From NCBI RefSeq assembly GCF_009914755.1, contig NC_060937.1: a stretch of DNA of 64,000 bases; one strand, written 5' to 3'. This DNA is from the human T2T-CHM13v2.0 reference genome, Homo sapiens. The notes beneath the pieces are model-generated. The model saw only the letters and a list, made by a program, of their open reading frames with translations, was not told the origin of the DNA and did not search any database. Made by a program: the position numbers and the translations under genes. This document shows positions 1 to 13,892 of the stretch, in pieces (position 1 is the first letter of the stretch; each line of letters opens with the position of its first letter).

Positions 1-319
1 GAATTGGAGCTCCCATAATTCCAAGTGTTGTAGGAGGGACCCAGTGGGAGATAATCAAATCATGGGGGTGATTTCCTCCATACTGTTCTAGTGGTAGTGA
101 ATAAGTCTCATAAGATCTGATGATTTTATAAGGGGTTTCTTCTTTCACTTGGCTCTCACTTCTCTTGCCTGCTGCCATATAAGAGGTACCTTTTGCCTTA
201 CAACATGATTGTGAGGCCTCCCCAGCTACGTGGAACTCTGAGTCCATTAAACCTCTTTTTCTTTATAAATTACCGTCTTAGGTATGTCTTTATCAGCAGC
301 ATGAAAACAGACTAATACA
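1..319 (+). mobile_element. THE1-type MaLR LTR (THE1C/D-like), 5' end cut by the window edge
   Basis: Matches recalled THE1 consensus (ctcccataatt...gagtccattaaacctc...agcagcatgaaaacagactaataca). It ends in the canonical ACTAATACA at 319. Confidence 0.9.
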
Positions 320-3300
320 GAGCATCTAAGACAGAACACTGAAATTTAACAGAGAAGCAAAAGAAAACAACCGAGGCACAAAAGGAGAAATGAGTGAGAA
401 AGCCATCTCAGTTGGGATTGGCTGGGAACCTGAAGAAGCTCCCCAGTGTGGGGAAAGAGTGAATGGGAGATTCCCTGCAGTTCATATTCCCACCATAGAA
501 TCTTACAACTCTAGCCATGGAAGAGCCCCTCCAACCTTGCAGGCCATTAGAATAGCATAGAGAGATGCCTGGAGACCACACAGCAGCATTGTCCCAGAAA
601 GGGAGCTCGTGCTAGTTCCCACAAACACCACAAGTACTAAGCAGCTTATGCATGGCACCATTTTGAGGGCCTGGTCCCCACCAGACTTCATTTTGCCCTA
701 TGGCCCAACAACCGCTGCCACTCCATGGCCCCAGGCACCACTAAAATCACCCTGCATTCATCCAGAGGCTGGCAGTCACATAATGCCTGTTAGATGTAGA
801 GTCCCCTGCAGTCTAGCAGACATATTGTCCTGCTCCCTGGAGAATGGGCAGTGCTATGCACCAGGGATGCTGCCCTTGAGACAAAGGGAACCAGAGTGCC
901 CACTCTCCAGATCCTGAAATCTGACTGTCTGTGGTCACTGCCATTGAGAACAACACTGCTTCCACTATCAGCAGGGCCCTCACACATTTGCACAAGTCCT
1001 GAGGATTGGCTCTTTCTGTCCACTGTTAGTGTTATTTTCACCATCCACACATGTTACCAGGGGCCACGGGAATCATGCAACAATGCCCACCATATCCCCT
1101 ATCCATTTGCACTGCTAAGAGGCCTAAGTATCGGCTCAGCTAGCTTGGCATCACCTCCCAAGCCCCAGTACAAAAGCATACTGCCCAGGCACCTTTGTAT
1201 CACCCCAACCCATGTAGCTCATGCACCTCATGCTGATATCTATGTATTCCTACCAGGGACCTGAGGATGGGCCCCTCCCTGCTTCTACTACCACCACAGC
1301 CACAACCTGCACAAGCCACCTGAGGACCTGAGGACTGGCCTATCCAATAGCCACTAATAACACAAGCTCATGCCGTATGGGAGCCTAGGGTTTTCCAACC
1401 ACTGCTTTGGCCATTGCTGCAACATGCTTGCTGCCCAAAGCTTAAGGCCCAACCCCTTGCTACCTCAGCACTATCACTGCAAAACACCCAAGAAAACCAC
1501 CTAGAGGCCTCAGAATTGGCCCACTTAGACCCACCAACACTGGTCCACATGTATGCCACCTGGGGCCCACGGACAGGAACGCTTGACCCACTGATGCCAC
1601 TATTCAAGCCTGAGGACTGGCTCACCTAGTGTTCCCATTCCCAGCAAAACTTCACCCAAAGCCTTCACTAACGACCACAGCCTAAGCCACTGTGGAAATC
1701 ACATACATCATCAGCATTGCTTAAAGCCAAAGAAATCATACAAAGAATACACACCACATGCACCCAGAATAAATGATGAATTATCATATTTAACAAACAC
1801 AATAGATAAATATGCAGGAAAAAGGCCTCCCTTAAAAAAGCCAATCCAAAAAAGTGGAAGAAAGGACTGTTAAACCAGATATGCAGATATCAACGTATGA
1901 ACAGAAGAAAGATTAAAAAGCAAGGAAAGATAACATTTCCAAAAAAACACAGTAATTCTCTAGCAATAGATTCCAATGAAAAAAAAATTTATAAAATGTT
2001 AAAAAAATTCAAAATAATAATGTTAAATAAGCTCAGTGAGATACCAAAGAACAGAGGTGAACAAGACAGAGAAATCAGAAAAAAAAATTAAGGATATAAA
2101 TGAGAAATTCACCAAAGACATAGATATCATAAAAAGAACTAAACAGAAACTGTAAAAGTGAAGAATTCAATGAATGATATAAAAATGTATTTGACAGCTT
2201 CAACAATAAACTAGATCAAGCAGAAGAAAAGATTTCAGAATTTGGGTAGGTCTTTTGAAAAAACCAATGAGGCGAAAATACAGAAAAAATAAAAGTAAAT
2301 GTGGAAAAACCCTGTATAACATATGGGACACCATAAGGCAACCAAATATTTTGGCATCTTAGAAGTCAAAGAGAAAACCAAATGAATAGGAAACGAATTC
2401 AATAAAATAATAATTGAAAGCTTCCAAATCTAGCAAGAGATTTAGACATTAAGATGCAGGAAGCTGAGATATCCCCAAACAGATAAAACCCAGAAATTCT
2501 CCATGGCATATTATAACCATAGTGTCAAAAGTCAAAGATGAAGAATTCTAAAAACAGCAAGAGCAAAGCATTGAGTAACATATAAGGAAACCCCCATTAG
2601 ACTAACAACAAGTTGTTTGGCAGGAAACTTACTGACCAGTAGAGAATGGGATGATATTCAAAGTATTGAAGGAATATAATGATGACTCAAGAATATTATA
2701 CCCAGTACAGTTATCCTTCATAAATGAAGGAGAAATAAAATATTTCCCAGGCAAGCAAAACCTAAGGAAATGTATCACCACTACACTAGTCCTGCAAGAA
2801 ATGCTTAAGGGTGTCTTACACCTGAAAGCAAAAGGAAGATATCTGTCATCAGGAAAGCATATGAAAGTATAAAACTACTGGTATTGCAAACACACACATG
2901 GAGAGAAAGAACTCAAATATTCCCATTACAGGAAATAACAAACTGCAATGATAAACAATAAGAGAGAAAGGAAGAAACAAAAAATATACAAAATGACATG
3001 AAAACAATTAACAATTGAAAGGAATAAGTTCTTGCATACCAGTAAATACCTTCAATAAAAATGGATTAAATTTTTCACTTAAAAAATATACACTAATTGA
3101 AGGGATTTTAAAAAATGACCCAACTAAATGCTGCTTACAAAACCTCATATCACCTGTAAAGACTCAAGTAGACTGAAAGTAAAGGATTGAAACAAGATTT
3201 TCCAAAGAAACAGAATCCACCAGTAAACAAGGGTAGCTATGTCAAAACAGACGTTTTGTCAAAAACAGTAAAAGGAGACAAGTCCATAATAAAGGGACCA

Positions 3301-4600
3301 ACTCAACAAGACGACATAACAATTCTAACTACGTGTACACCCAGCCTTTAGAGTACCCAGATATAGAAAGCAAGTGTTTCTAGATCCAGAAGAGAGAGAC
3401 AAACTTGAATACAATAATACTTGGGGACTTCCACACTATATTCTCAGCATTAGACAGATCATCTGGATAAAAAAAAAAAATAAAAAGTAAAATTGAATTT
3501 AAACTGCACTTCAGACTAAATGGGACTGATAGATACCTACAGAACAGTTTATGTAACAGCTATAGAATACATACTCTTCTCATCAGCACATGGAATAGTC
3601 TCCAACATAGACCATATGTAAGACACAAATAAATCCCAATACATTACTTAAAAATCAAGATTATACCAAGATTCTTCCCAGACGACAATGGAATAAAACC
3701 AGAAATAAAAATGTGAACATGGAAAATGAGAAACATGCTCCTGAGCAACCACTGGATCAATAAAGTAAGAAGAAAATTAATAAATGTCTTGAAACAAATA
3801 AACTTGGAAGCACAACATATCAAAACCTATGGGATACAGCAAAAGAAATGCTAAAAGTGGAATTTATAGCAATAAATACCTACATAAAAAGTAGAATGAT
3901 TTCAAGTGAACAATATAACAATGCACCTCAGACAACTAGAAAATCAAGGAAAAAAACCTGAAAATTAGTAGAAGGAAATAAAAGAGCATAACTAAACAAA
4001 ATAAATAAAAAATCAGCAAAATAAAAAGCATGCTTTTTGAAAAGATAAACAAAATTGATAAACTGCTATCTAGACTAACCAAACCAAAAAAAAGAGACAT
4101 GAATCAAATAAATTCAGAAACAAAGAGACATTACAACTGACATACAGAAATTCAAAACTCATCAGAGACTACTATAAACAATTGTAAATTAACAAATTGC
4201 AAAATCTAGAGAAAATAGATAAATCTTGGATACACACAACCTATCAGGATTGAATCAGTAATAAATAAAATACCTGAATAGACTAATAATGAGTAATGTG
4301 ATTGAATCAGTAGTAAACTCAGCAAATAAAAGTTCAGGACTGGACAGACTCACTGTCAAATTTTAACAAACTCATAATGAAGAACTAAACTAATTGTCCA
4401 TAATCTATTCTAAAAAATCGAAGAGGAGCAAATTGTCCTTAATCTGTCTATGAGGTCAGCATTACCCTGATACCCAAAATCGGACAAGGATACAACAAAA
4501 AAGAGAAGGACAGGCCAAAGTTCCTGATGATCACAGATAGAAAAATCCTCAACAAAATACTAACAAACTGAATCCAACAGCACATTAAAAAATAATAATA
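320..4600 (+). mobile_element. Old LINE-1 (L1M/L1MA-type): 5'UTR, disrupted ORF1 and the 5' part of ORF2, 3'-truncated
   Basis: The GC-richer UTR carries recurrent cctgaggactggc motifs. ORF1 remnants: 1897-2091 and 2651-2872 (RILYPVQLSFINEGEIKYF). ORF2 endonuclease remnant (ggggacttc) near 3422. It stops near the start of RT (aatccaacagcacattaaaa). Many stops and frameshifts. Confidence 0.9.
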
Positions 4601-5466
4601 AGGCTATTTTGTCTGTGAAGAAAATGCATTGCTTAGTGTAGCTACCATCATCAATTATTTTAGCTAGATCTTCTGGATAACTTGCTGCAGTTTCTCCATC
4701 AGCAGTTACTGCTTCACCTTGCACTTTTTTGTTAGATAGCTTCTTTTCTTAAACTTCATGAATTAACATTTGCTACTTTCAAATATATATATATATATAT
4801 ATTTTTTTTTTCTGCAGCTTCCTGATAATCTGTCAGCCTTCTTAGAATTAAAGAGCACTAGTGCCTTGGTCTGGATTAGGTTTAGCATAAGAAAATGTTA
4901 TGGTTGGTTTTATCTTCTATTCATACCACTACAACTTTTGCCTAATCAGCAATTAGGCTGTTTTGCTTTCTTATCATATGTGTGTTCACTAGAATAGCAC
5001 TTTGAATTTTCCTCAGATTTTTCTCTTGCATTCAAAACTTGGCTATTTGGCACAGGAGGCCTAGCTTTTGGCCTTTCTTGGCTTTTCACACTCATTCTGA
5101 GGATGCTTAATCTTTTACAGCTTTTGATTTAAAGTGAGAGATGTGCACTTTAGAGGCCATTGTATAGCTATTAAATGGCCTGATTTCAATATTGTTGTGC
5201 TTCAGAGAATAGGGAGGCCCAAGAAGCAGAAGAGAGGGGGGAGCACAGCCAGTAGTTGGAGAACTCAGAACACAACATCTTTTAATTGTTTGCCATCTTA
5301 TACAGGTGCGACCTATGACATCCCAAAACAACTACAATAGTAACATCAAAGATCATACATTATGATCACTCTAAGAAATATAATAATAATTAAAAATGGA
5401 ACTATGGAGACAATTGCCAGAGGCACAAAGTGACCACATGATATTAGAAAAAAAATGGTGCTGATA
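4601..5466 (-). mobile_element. Tigger1 DNA transposon, N-terminal transposase region (fragment 1)
   Basis: The reverse complement matches recalled Tigger1/TIGD1. The MASK start is visible at the end of ORF 5107..5331. A (TA)n expansion lies at ~4783-4803. Confidence 0.88.
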
Positions 5467-5824
5467 TGTTACTAGGAAATGTAGGAATCCTCAGTTCTCA
5501 GTCTTCTTGTGAGAAAGAACTCGGACAAGAGACCAATCAGTAATGCAAACAAAGGTTTATGGGAGGAAAATAAACAGCAGGGAGTTTACTGAAGGAAGTC
5601 CTTGCTAAGAGAGTAACAGGCTGGTCTGTCTAGAAAACAGCAGTAGTAGCCGCAAAGGTTAAGTAATAGTGGAGAAAGTATACTCTGATCGACAAGGCAG
5701 AGTGGGCTGTTCAAAAGAGAATGAGCCAGCAGCTGCGGAGTTCTGCACTGCAGTTTTATTATGCCGGATTCTGATCTTTAAGTTCTTGCCTCTGTCTCAA
5801 GTCTCCACCTTTTTCTTTGTCTAG

Positions 5825-6545
<721 letters not shown>

Positions 6546-6813
6546 TCTGGTTTCCCACTTCTGCCTTAAGTCACACCTTCCTCTGCCTAGTTCCTGCCCC
6601 AGGTTTGTGAGATTCTCCCTTACTGTCAGTTGATGTGCCTGTGTGGGCCTGGTGTTGCACACAAATTCTACTTAATGGCGGCATTGTTCATTACCTCCCC
6701 CACAGGAATGCATGCACGTTTCGGGTGGCCTCTGGGGTGTAAAATTTTCCTGACTTCCCATTTCTCAAGGGCTCCCCCTCCTGCGCCTGTCTAGCTATCT
6801 GCCTACTGTAACA

Positions 6814-6912
6814 GACATGCTAGATGCAGGATTGCCACAGATCATTAATTTATAAGAACTCCATGTCTGTGAAGTGCAATGAAGTGAAGCCCAATAAAAT
6901 GAGGCATGCCTG
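6814..6912 (-). mobile_element. Tigger1 5' terminus with terminal inverted repeat (fragment 2)
   Basis: ...caataaaatgaggcatgcctg is the reverse complement of the Tigger1 start CAGGCATACCTCGTTTTATTG. It is followed by the TA target at 6913-6914. Confidence 0.88.
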
Positions 6913-7116
6913 TATATTAAAGCCATGTGATCATCACAATTTGATTACATGACTAAACAAACTCTTTTATTATATTTATTTTTGTATAAGATTGCATTGA
7001 ATTCAAGAAAATATTTGTGATGCCAACATAACTAAGCAATATTAAAGTATGGCAAATGCCAAAAATTGATTATGCTTAAAAACCATTCATTTCATTAAAA
7101 TAGACATGAGAAATAA

Positions 7117-7277
7117 ATTTTATTTTATTCTAGTATTATTTTTGTTTGTTTGTTTTCTGTAGAGACGAGTTCTCACCATATTGTCCAGGTTGGTCCCAAA
7201 TGCCTGGGCTCATGCAATTCTCCCACCTCAGCCTCCCAAAGTGCAGGGATTACAGGTGTCAGCCACTATGCCCTGCC
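7117..7277 (-). mobile_element. Alu left monomer (FLAM/AluJ-type)
   Basis: T-rich tail, then gtagagacg...cctcagcctcccaaagtgcagggattacagg...ccctgcc. Confidence 0.85.
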
Positions 7278-10200
7278 ACTATTAGATGAAGGAAAAAACA
7301 AACAAACAAACAAACAAAAACTTTTAACAGCTTGGATACATAAGAAACTTTGTACCTAATGTTTTTATACTTCTCTATTATCTACATTTTAAACCATTGA
7401 CAAGCACAGTGAGATTATCTTTTAAATCACTTGCTATACATGATATTCTATTATCTTACATCCATTATAACTTGTTAGAAACTTTTAATAATGCATGACT
7501 CCAGAAGGCAATTCTCCATAATAGATACAGATACTTAAATATTACTCCATCTATATTTTATTATCTTATGAAGCATACTGGCAACTGAGCCAGCAATTTT
7601 GTCAGAAATGAACATTTACTAAGCAGCTTCAAAATTGTCTAAAATACTAAATATGACAGCATAAAATAGCAAATCAATTTTATTTTTAAAAATCTTATTT
7701 TCCTGCTGAAAAATGAAAGAGATATTTGAAGTGTTCCTATAAAATTTACTTGAAATTAAAGTAAATTAAAAGGCAATATAATAATTTATATTGTATATAT
7801 GTCCAATATGCATCATATTGTCTCAGTCTGAATAATGTAATTTAATTATTTTTGTATTAAAAACATTTAATTTTTTTGGAGCTATTATATTATTTTCTCT
7901 GGTCATCACATAATAAAAATGAATCACATAACTATTAAATTATAGAACATATTAGATAAAACCATAATTACTTGAATTTAGTTTTAGTTGAAAAAAAGAA
8001 AATAGTTTAACTTTAATTTAGTTCACTGATATAAAATTATTCCAGCTTAGAGGTATTTGCAGAACCATCTTCCAAATAGTAGTAACATGAACTTTATAGA
8101 AAAAACAAAAATTTCAGGATTTGATTAAACAGTTTTGTGAGAAATTATAATCAACACTGGTAGTGCTGAATAATGTAGTAAAATTTATTTAACAAAGCTA
8201 ATTGTAGAGTTTATTTGCTACCTATAAAATGATTTCATCCTTATATGGTTTTAAAGCAGGGTTACATAAGTAACAATTTTCAATGCTTACAAAATTGACA
8301 AACAGGTAACTCTTACTTAAGTATTTTTAAATACTTTTTCCAAAAACAGAAACAAAGTAAATTATCACTAGATTAAGACTCTGTGGTAAGATAGATGGTC
8401 ACATTTTCCTTAATAATTCATTAGTATATCTAATCTTCTGCTTAGGCAATAAATTTACTATAAATTTTACATACATTTTGGTGTATTTTTACTTAGTCTT
8501 GGTAATATATAATCATTTAACTCAACCCTCCATGTAATTTCTTTGGGCCTCTGTAGATAAACACAGTAGACGTTTCTAAAACCAGATAGACATCTTATAA
8601 TTTATAGAGATAGAGATTAATACATTTTCACCTGAAATTTGGAATTATTTTGTAGCAAGGTGCTCTAATGCTAGGGTTCTACAATGATTTCTAGCAATTG
8701 TATGAGAGTTGTTATTAGTACATAGTATTATTCTAACAAATGAATTGTATTTATATATAATTCTGTTATTTCTTTTAACCATTTACTGAATTTTCTCTAT
8801 ATTTTTTAATCTGTTTAAAAAATGTTGCTACTTCTCCCTGTGTAACGTTTGGCTTTACCTTTTTGAATATATACATATTTTTTATTTTTAAATGTAAGTT
8901 TTCATGGCTTATGTTATGAGACCTCCTTTTGTTATTTTTGTTACATAACATTCCAGATAGAAAAACTGAAGTTTTGTTAATTGGGAATTAAAGAAATCTC
9001 ATGGCAAGAAAAAAATATATTATTAACTGAAATATAGACAGTACCATATATTTTGACACCAACATCTGATTATAATATAATTATATACATAACTATATTA
9101 TATAGTTTATATGTTTAGTGTAAAACAGATGCACTATGCTGAACCAGGGTTTCTAATAAAACTGAATACGATGCCTAGTGAAGCAATTTATTAGATGGTT
9201 GGACTCTATATTTACATGACATTATTATAATATGTTGCTTATCTCTGGTACAGAATGTAGTCATTGATCCTACATAGTGATTAGTTCAGTCTACAGACTT
9301 GAACATGATTCTATACATGCAGCTGAATAGTTTTGTCATGTCTCCTTTCCCAAGATTTGGATGAAATGTTTTTTTAAAATTTCTCCTGCAAAAATATAGC
9401 ATACATCTTCAAAAAGCCATAAAACAGTCAATATAGGATTTTTTATGCTTCTATATGGTTTTGTTTGCTTTTTTAATTCAATAATTTAATTGTCAACAAA
9501 TATATTAAGAGAAAAAAGGTATGCAGTTTACGTAAATATTTACATCTCAAGCCATTACAACATTTGTCTAGTCTTAGAAAGAAATATTGTGGAAGAGTTG
9601 GTTCAATGTAGGTTTTCAAAGCTGTTTCATTTTTTTATCTTAAAAAGAGAACTAATTCAAGTTATAAATATTAATAAAGTCATACACTAAAAGTAGAGCT
9701 TAGAAAAAGTCAGCCAGTGTTTTTCTTCAATTCTTTAAAGAACACAATCTAAATATATGAGAAAAATTCTTGGCTCTTTTTTCCTTTCTTTGCCTTATCC
9801 TAAGATTAAAGTTGCAGATTTTCCTTATCTAAGCACCATTAGAAAAATGTGTGTAATGTTCAATAAAATTGTATTACATTAGTAATTGTGAACAGCATTC
9901 AGTAAGTGGCTTTAATATTAAGCATGTTTAGCAAATATACATAAAATTATATTAAAACTAATTTATTCACAGAGGACTAGTTTTCTAAATTTGACTAAGA
10001 TACATTAAGGCACCAATTTTGGTACATACCTTCATTTTCTCTTTCCCTTGCTCTACAACTGGCACATTCAGAAGCAAGAAAGAATATTGCATGCATTGCT
10101 CTATTAATTAGGGAAAAGTGAGCAATAAAAAATCTATTAAGAATATAAATTGGAAAACATTGCATATATATTAGTGATAGCATTGTGTAGTGTCATGATA

Positions 10201-11191
10201 TAAATAGCCCATTAATTAGCAATGGCTTATTATCCACCAAAATTTTTTTTAAAAAGCAAGCTATTTTTAATATTTTTAAATGAATTAACTCTAAGAATTA
10301 TTTAAATAACAATCGATGAGCACTGAATGAGCTTGCTATATATCCAGCATAATGTTTAGCTATGCTCGAAACAGTTTCTTACTTATTTGGTTTGAATTTA
10401 TCCACCAAGTTTAATAAATCTTTTTGAAAGAGTATCTTTGTGCAAAAAAAAAAAAAAAAAAATCTGTTTGCATAATCCTCTTAGGGATATAAGTGAAATA
10501 ACGTAAGTAAATTACTGGATTGTATTATGAACAAATATATGGGGCAGGGTGTGGCAAGGGTATTAGTATCTGAATATATTGTTGTTATTCCTAGCCACAT
10601 TGCACCTCTTTTAAAAAGTTCATATTCTATCAGCCAACATTTAGAAAAGTAGTTTAAAAGTTTGAACACAGTATAACTTTCAAAGTTATGACATAACCAT
10701 TCTTGGTCTTCAAAAAAAGAAATCTTAAAAATACAAAAAACAGAACATTCTATGCTATAATGAACATAATCTTTACTAAAAATATAGTACGATTTCTTAA
10801 TACAAGTTCTTAGAGAGTTCCTCCACATGGGTCGATGACATCTCATGAAAGCATAATTTGATCAAAGGCTATATGCTATAAGAACAATATGATACACCAC
10901 TCTGAAGGTGGGAAAACCTAGAGGTACATTTCATAGAAACCAGAGGAATACATGATTTTTACATCCTTCAGGCAATCCTCCACACATATTGTTTCTTTGA
11001 ACTAAGCTTTTGATAAACACCGAATGGTTGTAGGCTTGAAATTATCCCCCCTGGCTAATGCCTGGAGTGCAGCTCTCTTCTGCTGTTTGTTGAAATCTGC
11101 CTCATGTTCCTGACTAGATATGCTGGTTCTATAAAGTTAAGGATGCTTTTATAAAAACTGAAAAGGCTAGAAAAAGCACAGGATAAAACAC

Positions 11192-11809
11192 TGATACGGC
11201 TCCGATGACTGGAGGAACACCGGGGTCCTCAGTCTCGCACCAATTTAGGTAAAACGAAATGGACACACGTGGAGTGATTTTAAGGACCAGAGAGTTTAAT
11301 AGGCAAGAAAGAAGGAAGTCGCTGCCCCATACATAGACAGAGGGAGAGGGGCTCCAAGCGGAGAGAGGAAACCCTGAGGGCAGGGAAGACAGCCAGTTAC
11401 ATGAGGAGGCTGGAGGAGGCGGTGTCTGATTTGCATAGGGCTCAGGGGATTGGTTTGACCAGGCATGTCATTCAGGTAGCCCGTGAAAAAACTGGCCCTC
11501 CCACCTTAGCCTTTAATATGCAAATGCAGGGTGCCCTGATGTTCTACAAACCTAGGGATATGTGGATACGGCCATGTTGTCAGGCACATGTGGGGGCAAG
11601 AAGAAGATGGTGAGAATTGCCATGTTTTGGTGGAGCCAGTCTCTAATGGCCTATATTTGCATATCAAGGCTTGCCGGCCTGACTCTAAGAACCAGGCTTT
11701 CCTGCTAGACAAGAAACCTTCCTGGAGCTGCAATTAAAAAAACAAACTTCCTAAGGACCCCTTTTCCTCTCTATCAGCCTAAAATGATTGCTTAATAACT
11801 CCTTTAACA
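11192..11809 (-). mobile_element. ERV1 solo LTR (MER61-like)
   Basis: TG...CA termini. The minus strand starts tgttaaaggagttattaag. 4-bp TSD acac/atac. Subfamily is from memory. Confidence 0.78.
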
Positions 11810-11900
11810 ATACCATGCATATTTCCCACATTATCTCCATTCTGAGTTGTCAAGGAATGTCTGCATGTAAACATAAGATCTGCATTTAAAAAAAATTATT

Positions 11901-12080
11901 GTCACCTGGTATTGCATGCCTGTATCCCAGTTGCTCAGAAGGCTGAGCTGGGAGGATCACTTGAGCCTGGGAGTTTGAGATTACAGTGCATTATGATAAC
12001 ACCACTGCATGGGTAACAGAGGATGACCCTATGTCTCAAAATAATATTTTAATAATAATAATAATGATAAAATAATAATC
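11901..12080 (+). mobile_element. Alu monomer (FRAM/FAM-like) with (AAT)n tail
   Basis: gcctgtatcccag...ggctgag...ggaggatcacttgagcctgggagtttgag...tgtctcaaaataat. Confidence 0.8.
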
Positions 12081-12324
12081 ATCAGTAGACACATTGATAA
12101 AGCTATTAAGAATGCATATTGCTTAACTATATGTAACATGAACAAAAATATTTTTGTATAATTTTTTCAGCCAATAGTAATATTGCCAATCTTCAAATAA
12201 AGTCATATCAAAATAAAATAAGTATAACTCGTTTGGAAGAAAAACATAATAATAAATAAATAAGTGTGGAAGTAGCTGTCATGAAAAGCAGGAAAGCATT
12301 ACAATGGAAAATGAATGATGCTAT

Positions 12325-12490
12325 ATTCTAGTGGTAAAAAGTGCAGATTTTGGAATCATAATACCTATATTCAAATCCAAACTTAGGTAGTCAACATATT
12401 AAGCCTCAGTTCTTTCACCCAAATATCAGATTGATAATTAATTTGAGGCTTAAATAAGATAGTATCTGAAAAGTATTTGACATGATCTAT
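12325..12490 (+). mobile_element. MIR fragment
   Basis: gtggtaaaaagtgcagattttggaatca...ttcaaatcc...aagcctcagtt...gaggcttaaataagat. Confidence 0.6.
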
Positions 12491-12989
12491 GGAAGGAATT
12501 GTTGCAAAGTTAAGTTTACAGTTAGGAGATACTAAAGATGGACAGCAGGAAATGGCAATTATAAAACATCTAAGGTTAACATTTACATCAAACCAAAGTT
12601 AACAGAATGATCACTAAATGAATTGAAAATGTATCATGGGGAAAATAAACTATTAAACAAATAACTATCAGTGGAAATAGACTCCCTAAAGAAAAATAAC
12701 TTCCTGATTCTGAACTTTGAGAGGCCTCTCTGTATACCTTGTAGGAAAAGCTTCTCTTAAAATCTAAATTAGAAACTTATCAGGTAACCAACAAGCCCCA
12801 GGCACATTTAGACCTCTGTCATTCTTCTCATTTTGTTAAAATGCTAATTGTACATAAGATCCACTTATACAGCAGAGAAATCAGACCAAATTTTTACCAC
12901 ATAAAACAATAGACAACCCAGGATTAATATGCATATGAAGGAAATTCATGAAATAACAAATTTAATAACATAAAATAAATAATAAAATA

Positions 12990-13400
12990 AATCCAAAAGG
13001 AAAAATTTTGAGGTAATTCTGAAAATCAAGAGCAAATTGCTATCTATCAAATTAAGAAGAATTAACAATAAGAAAATGCCCTTGAGAATTTGTCTTAATG
13101 TTTAGAAATAACAAAAATTCAATCTCTGTTGGAGATTAAATTTGATAATATTTCTCAAATCACAGAGCAAATCACAAATAGTTGCAATATATGAGATAAA
13201 ATTAGAAATATAAAAACTATTCAGGATATACAACACTCATCTAATAAGAATGCAATTAATGAGAAAGAAAATGGAGGTGGAACCTATCAAGACAAGAATA
13301 AACAAAGGTTTATTCTTCTACATTTTCAGATCCTCCTACATTTTCAGAAATAAAAGATCCATTGAAAACAAAACAGTGTAAATAAAAAGAAAACTAAAAT
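12990..13400 (+). mobile_element. Very old L1ME/HAL1 ORF1-like remnant
   Basis: A-rich degenerate similarity to ancient ORF1 sequence. Boundaries approximate. Confidence 0.4.
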
Positions 13401-13536
13401 TAGTCTTAAAATTTTGCAGTGGGAATGAGCAGTTAATAATACAAAATGAAAAATACAAAATAAATGAGAAATAAGATTTAAATATGTAGACAATAGAATA
13501 AAAAGAAAAAGAGCCATAAATTCTAAGTTCTGAGAC

Positions 13537-13568
<32 letters not shown>

Positions 13569-13583
13569 CAGATAGATAGATAG
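13537..13583 (+). repeat. Tetranucleotide STR (TAGA)8 CAGA (TAGA)2
   Basis: Read directly from the sequence. Confidence 0.97.
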
Positions 13584-13654
13584 TTTGATAGATTGTATTA
13601 ATTATCTCCAGAGCAACTGGGATACAGGCATGCAATTATATTGACATATATGTT

Positions 13655-13686
13655 TATATATATATATTATTTATATATATATTATT

Positions 13687-13732
<46 letters not shown>
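13655..13732. repeat. Compound (TA)n(GA)n microsatellite
   Basis: Read directly. It abuts the left end of MER44. Confidence 0.95.
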
Positions 13733-13736
<4 letters not shown>

Positions 13737-13892
13737 TCCCACCTTATCCATGCAAGATGTATTCCAAGATTCCCAGTGGATGCCTGAAACTGTAGATAAT
13801 ACCAAACCCTGTATATATGAGGTATTTTCCTATACATACATAACTATGATAAAGTTCAATCTATAAATTACATAGAGTAAGAGATGAACAGC

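Noticed and set aside
503-1629. Several ORFs up to 137 aa, and similar ones at 61494-62485
   Set aside because: They fall within GC-richer L1 5'UTRs and show no recognisable protein.
10481-10846. 121-aa minus-strand ORF and other F/I/L/Y-rich ORFs in AT-rich DNA
   Set aside because: The composition is what random AT-rich sequence gives. No motifs or exon structure.
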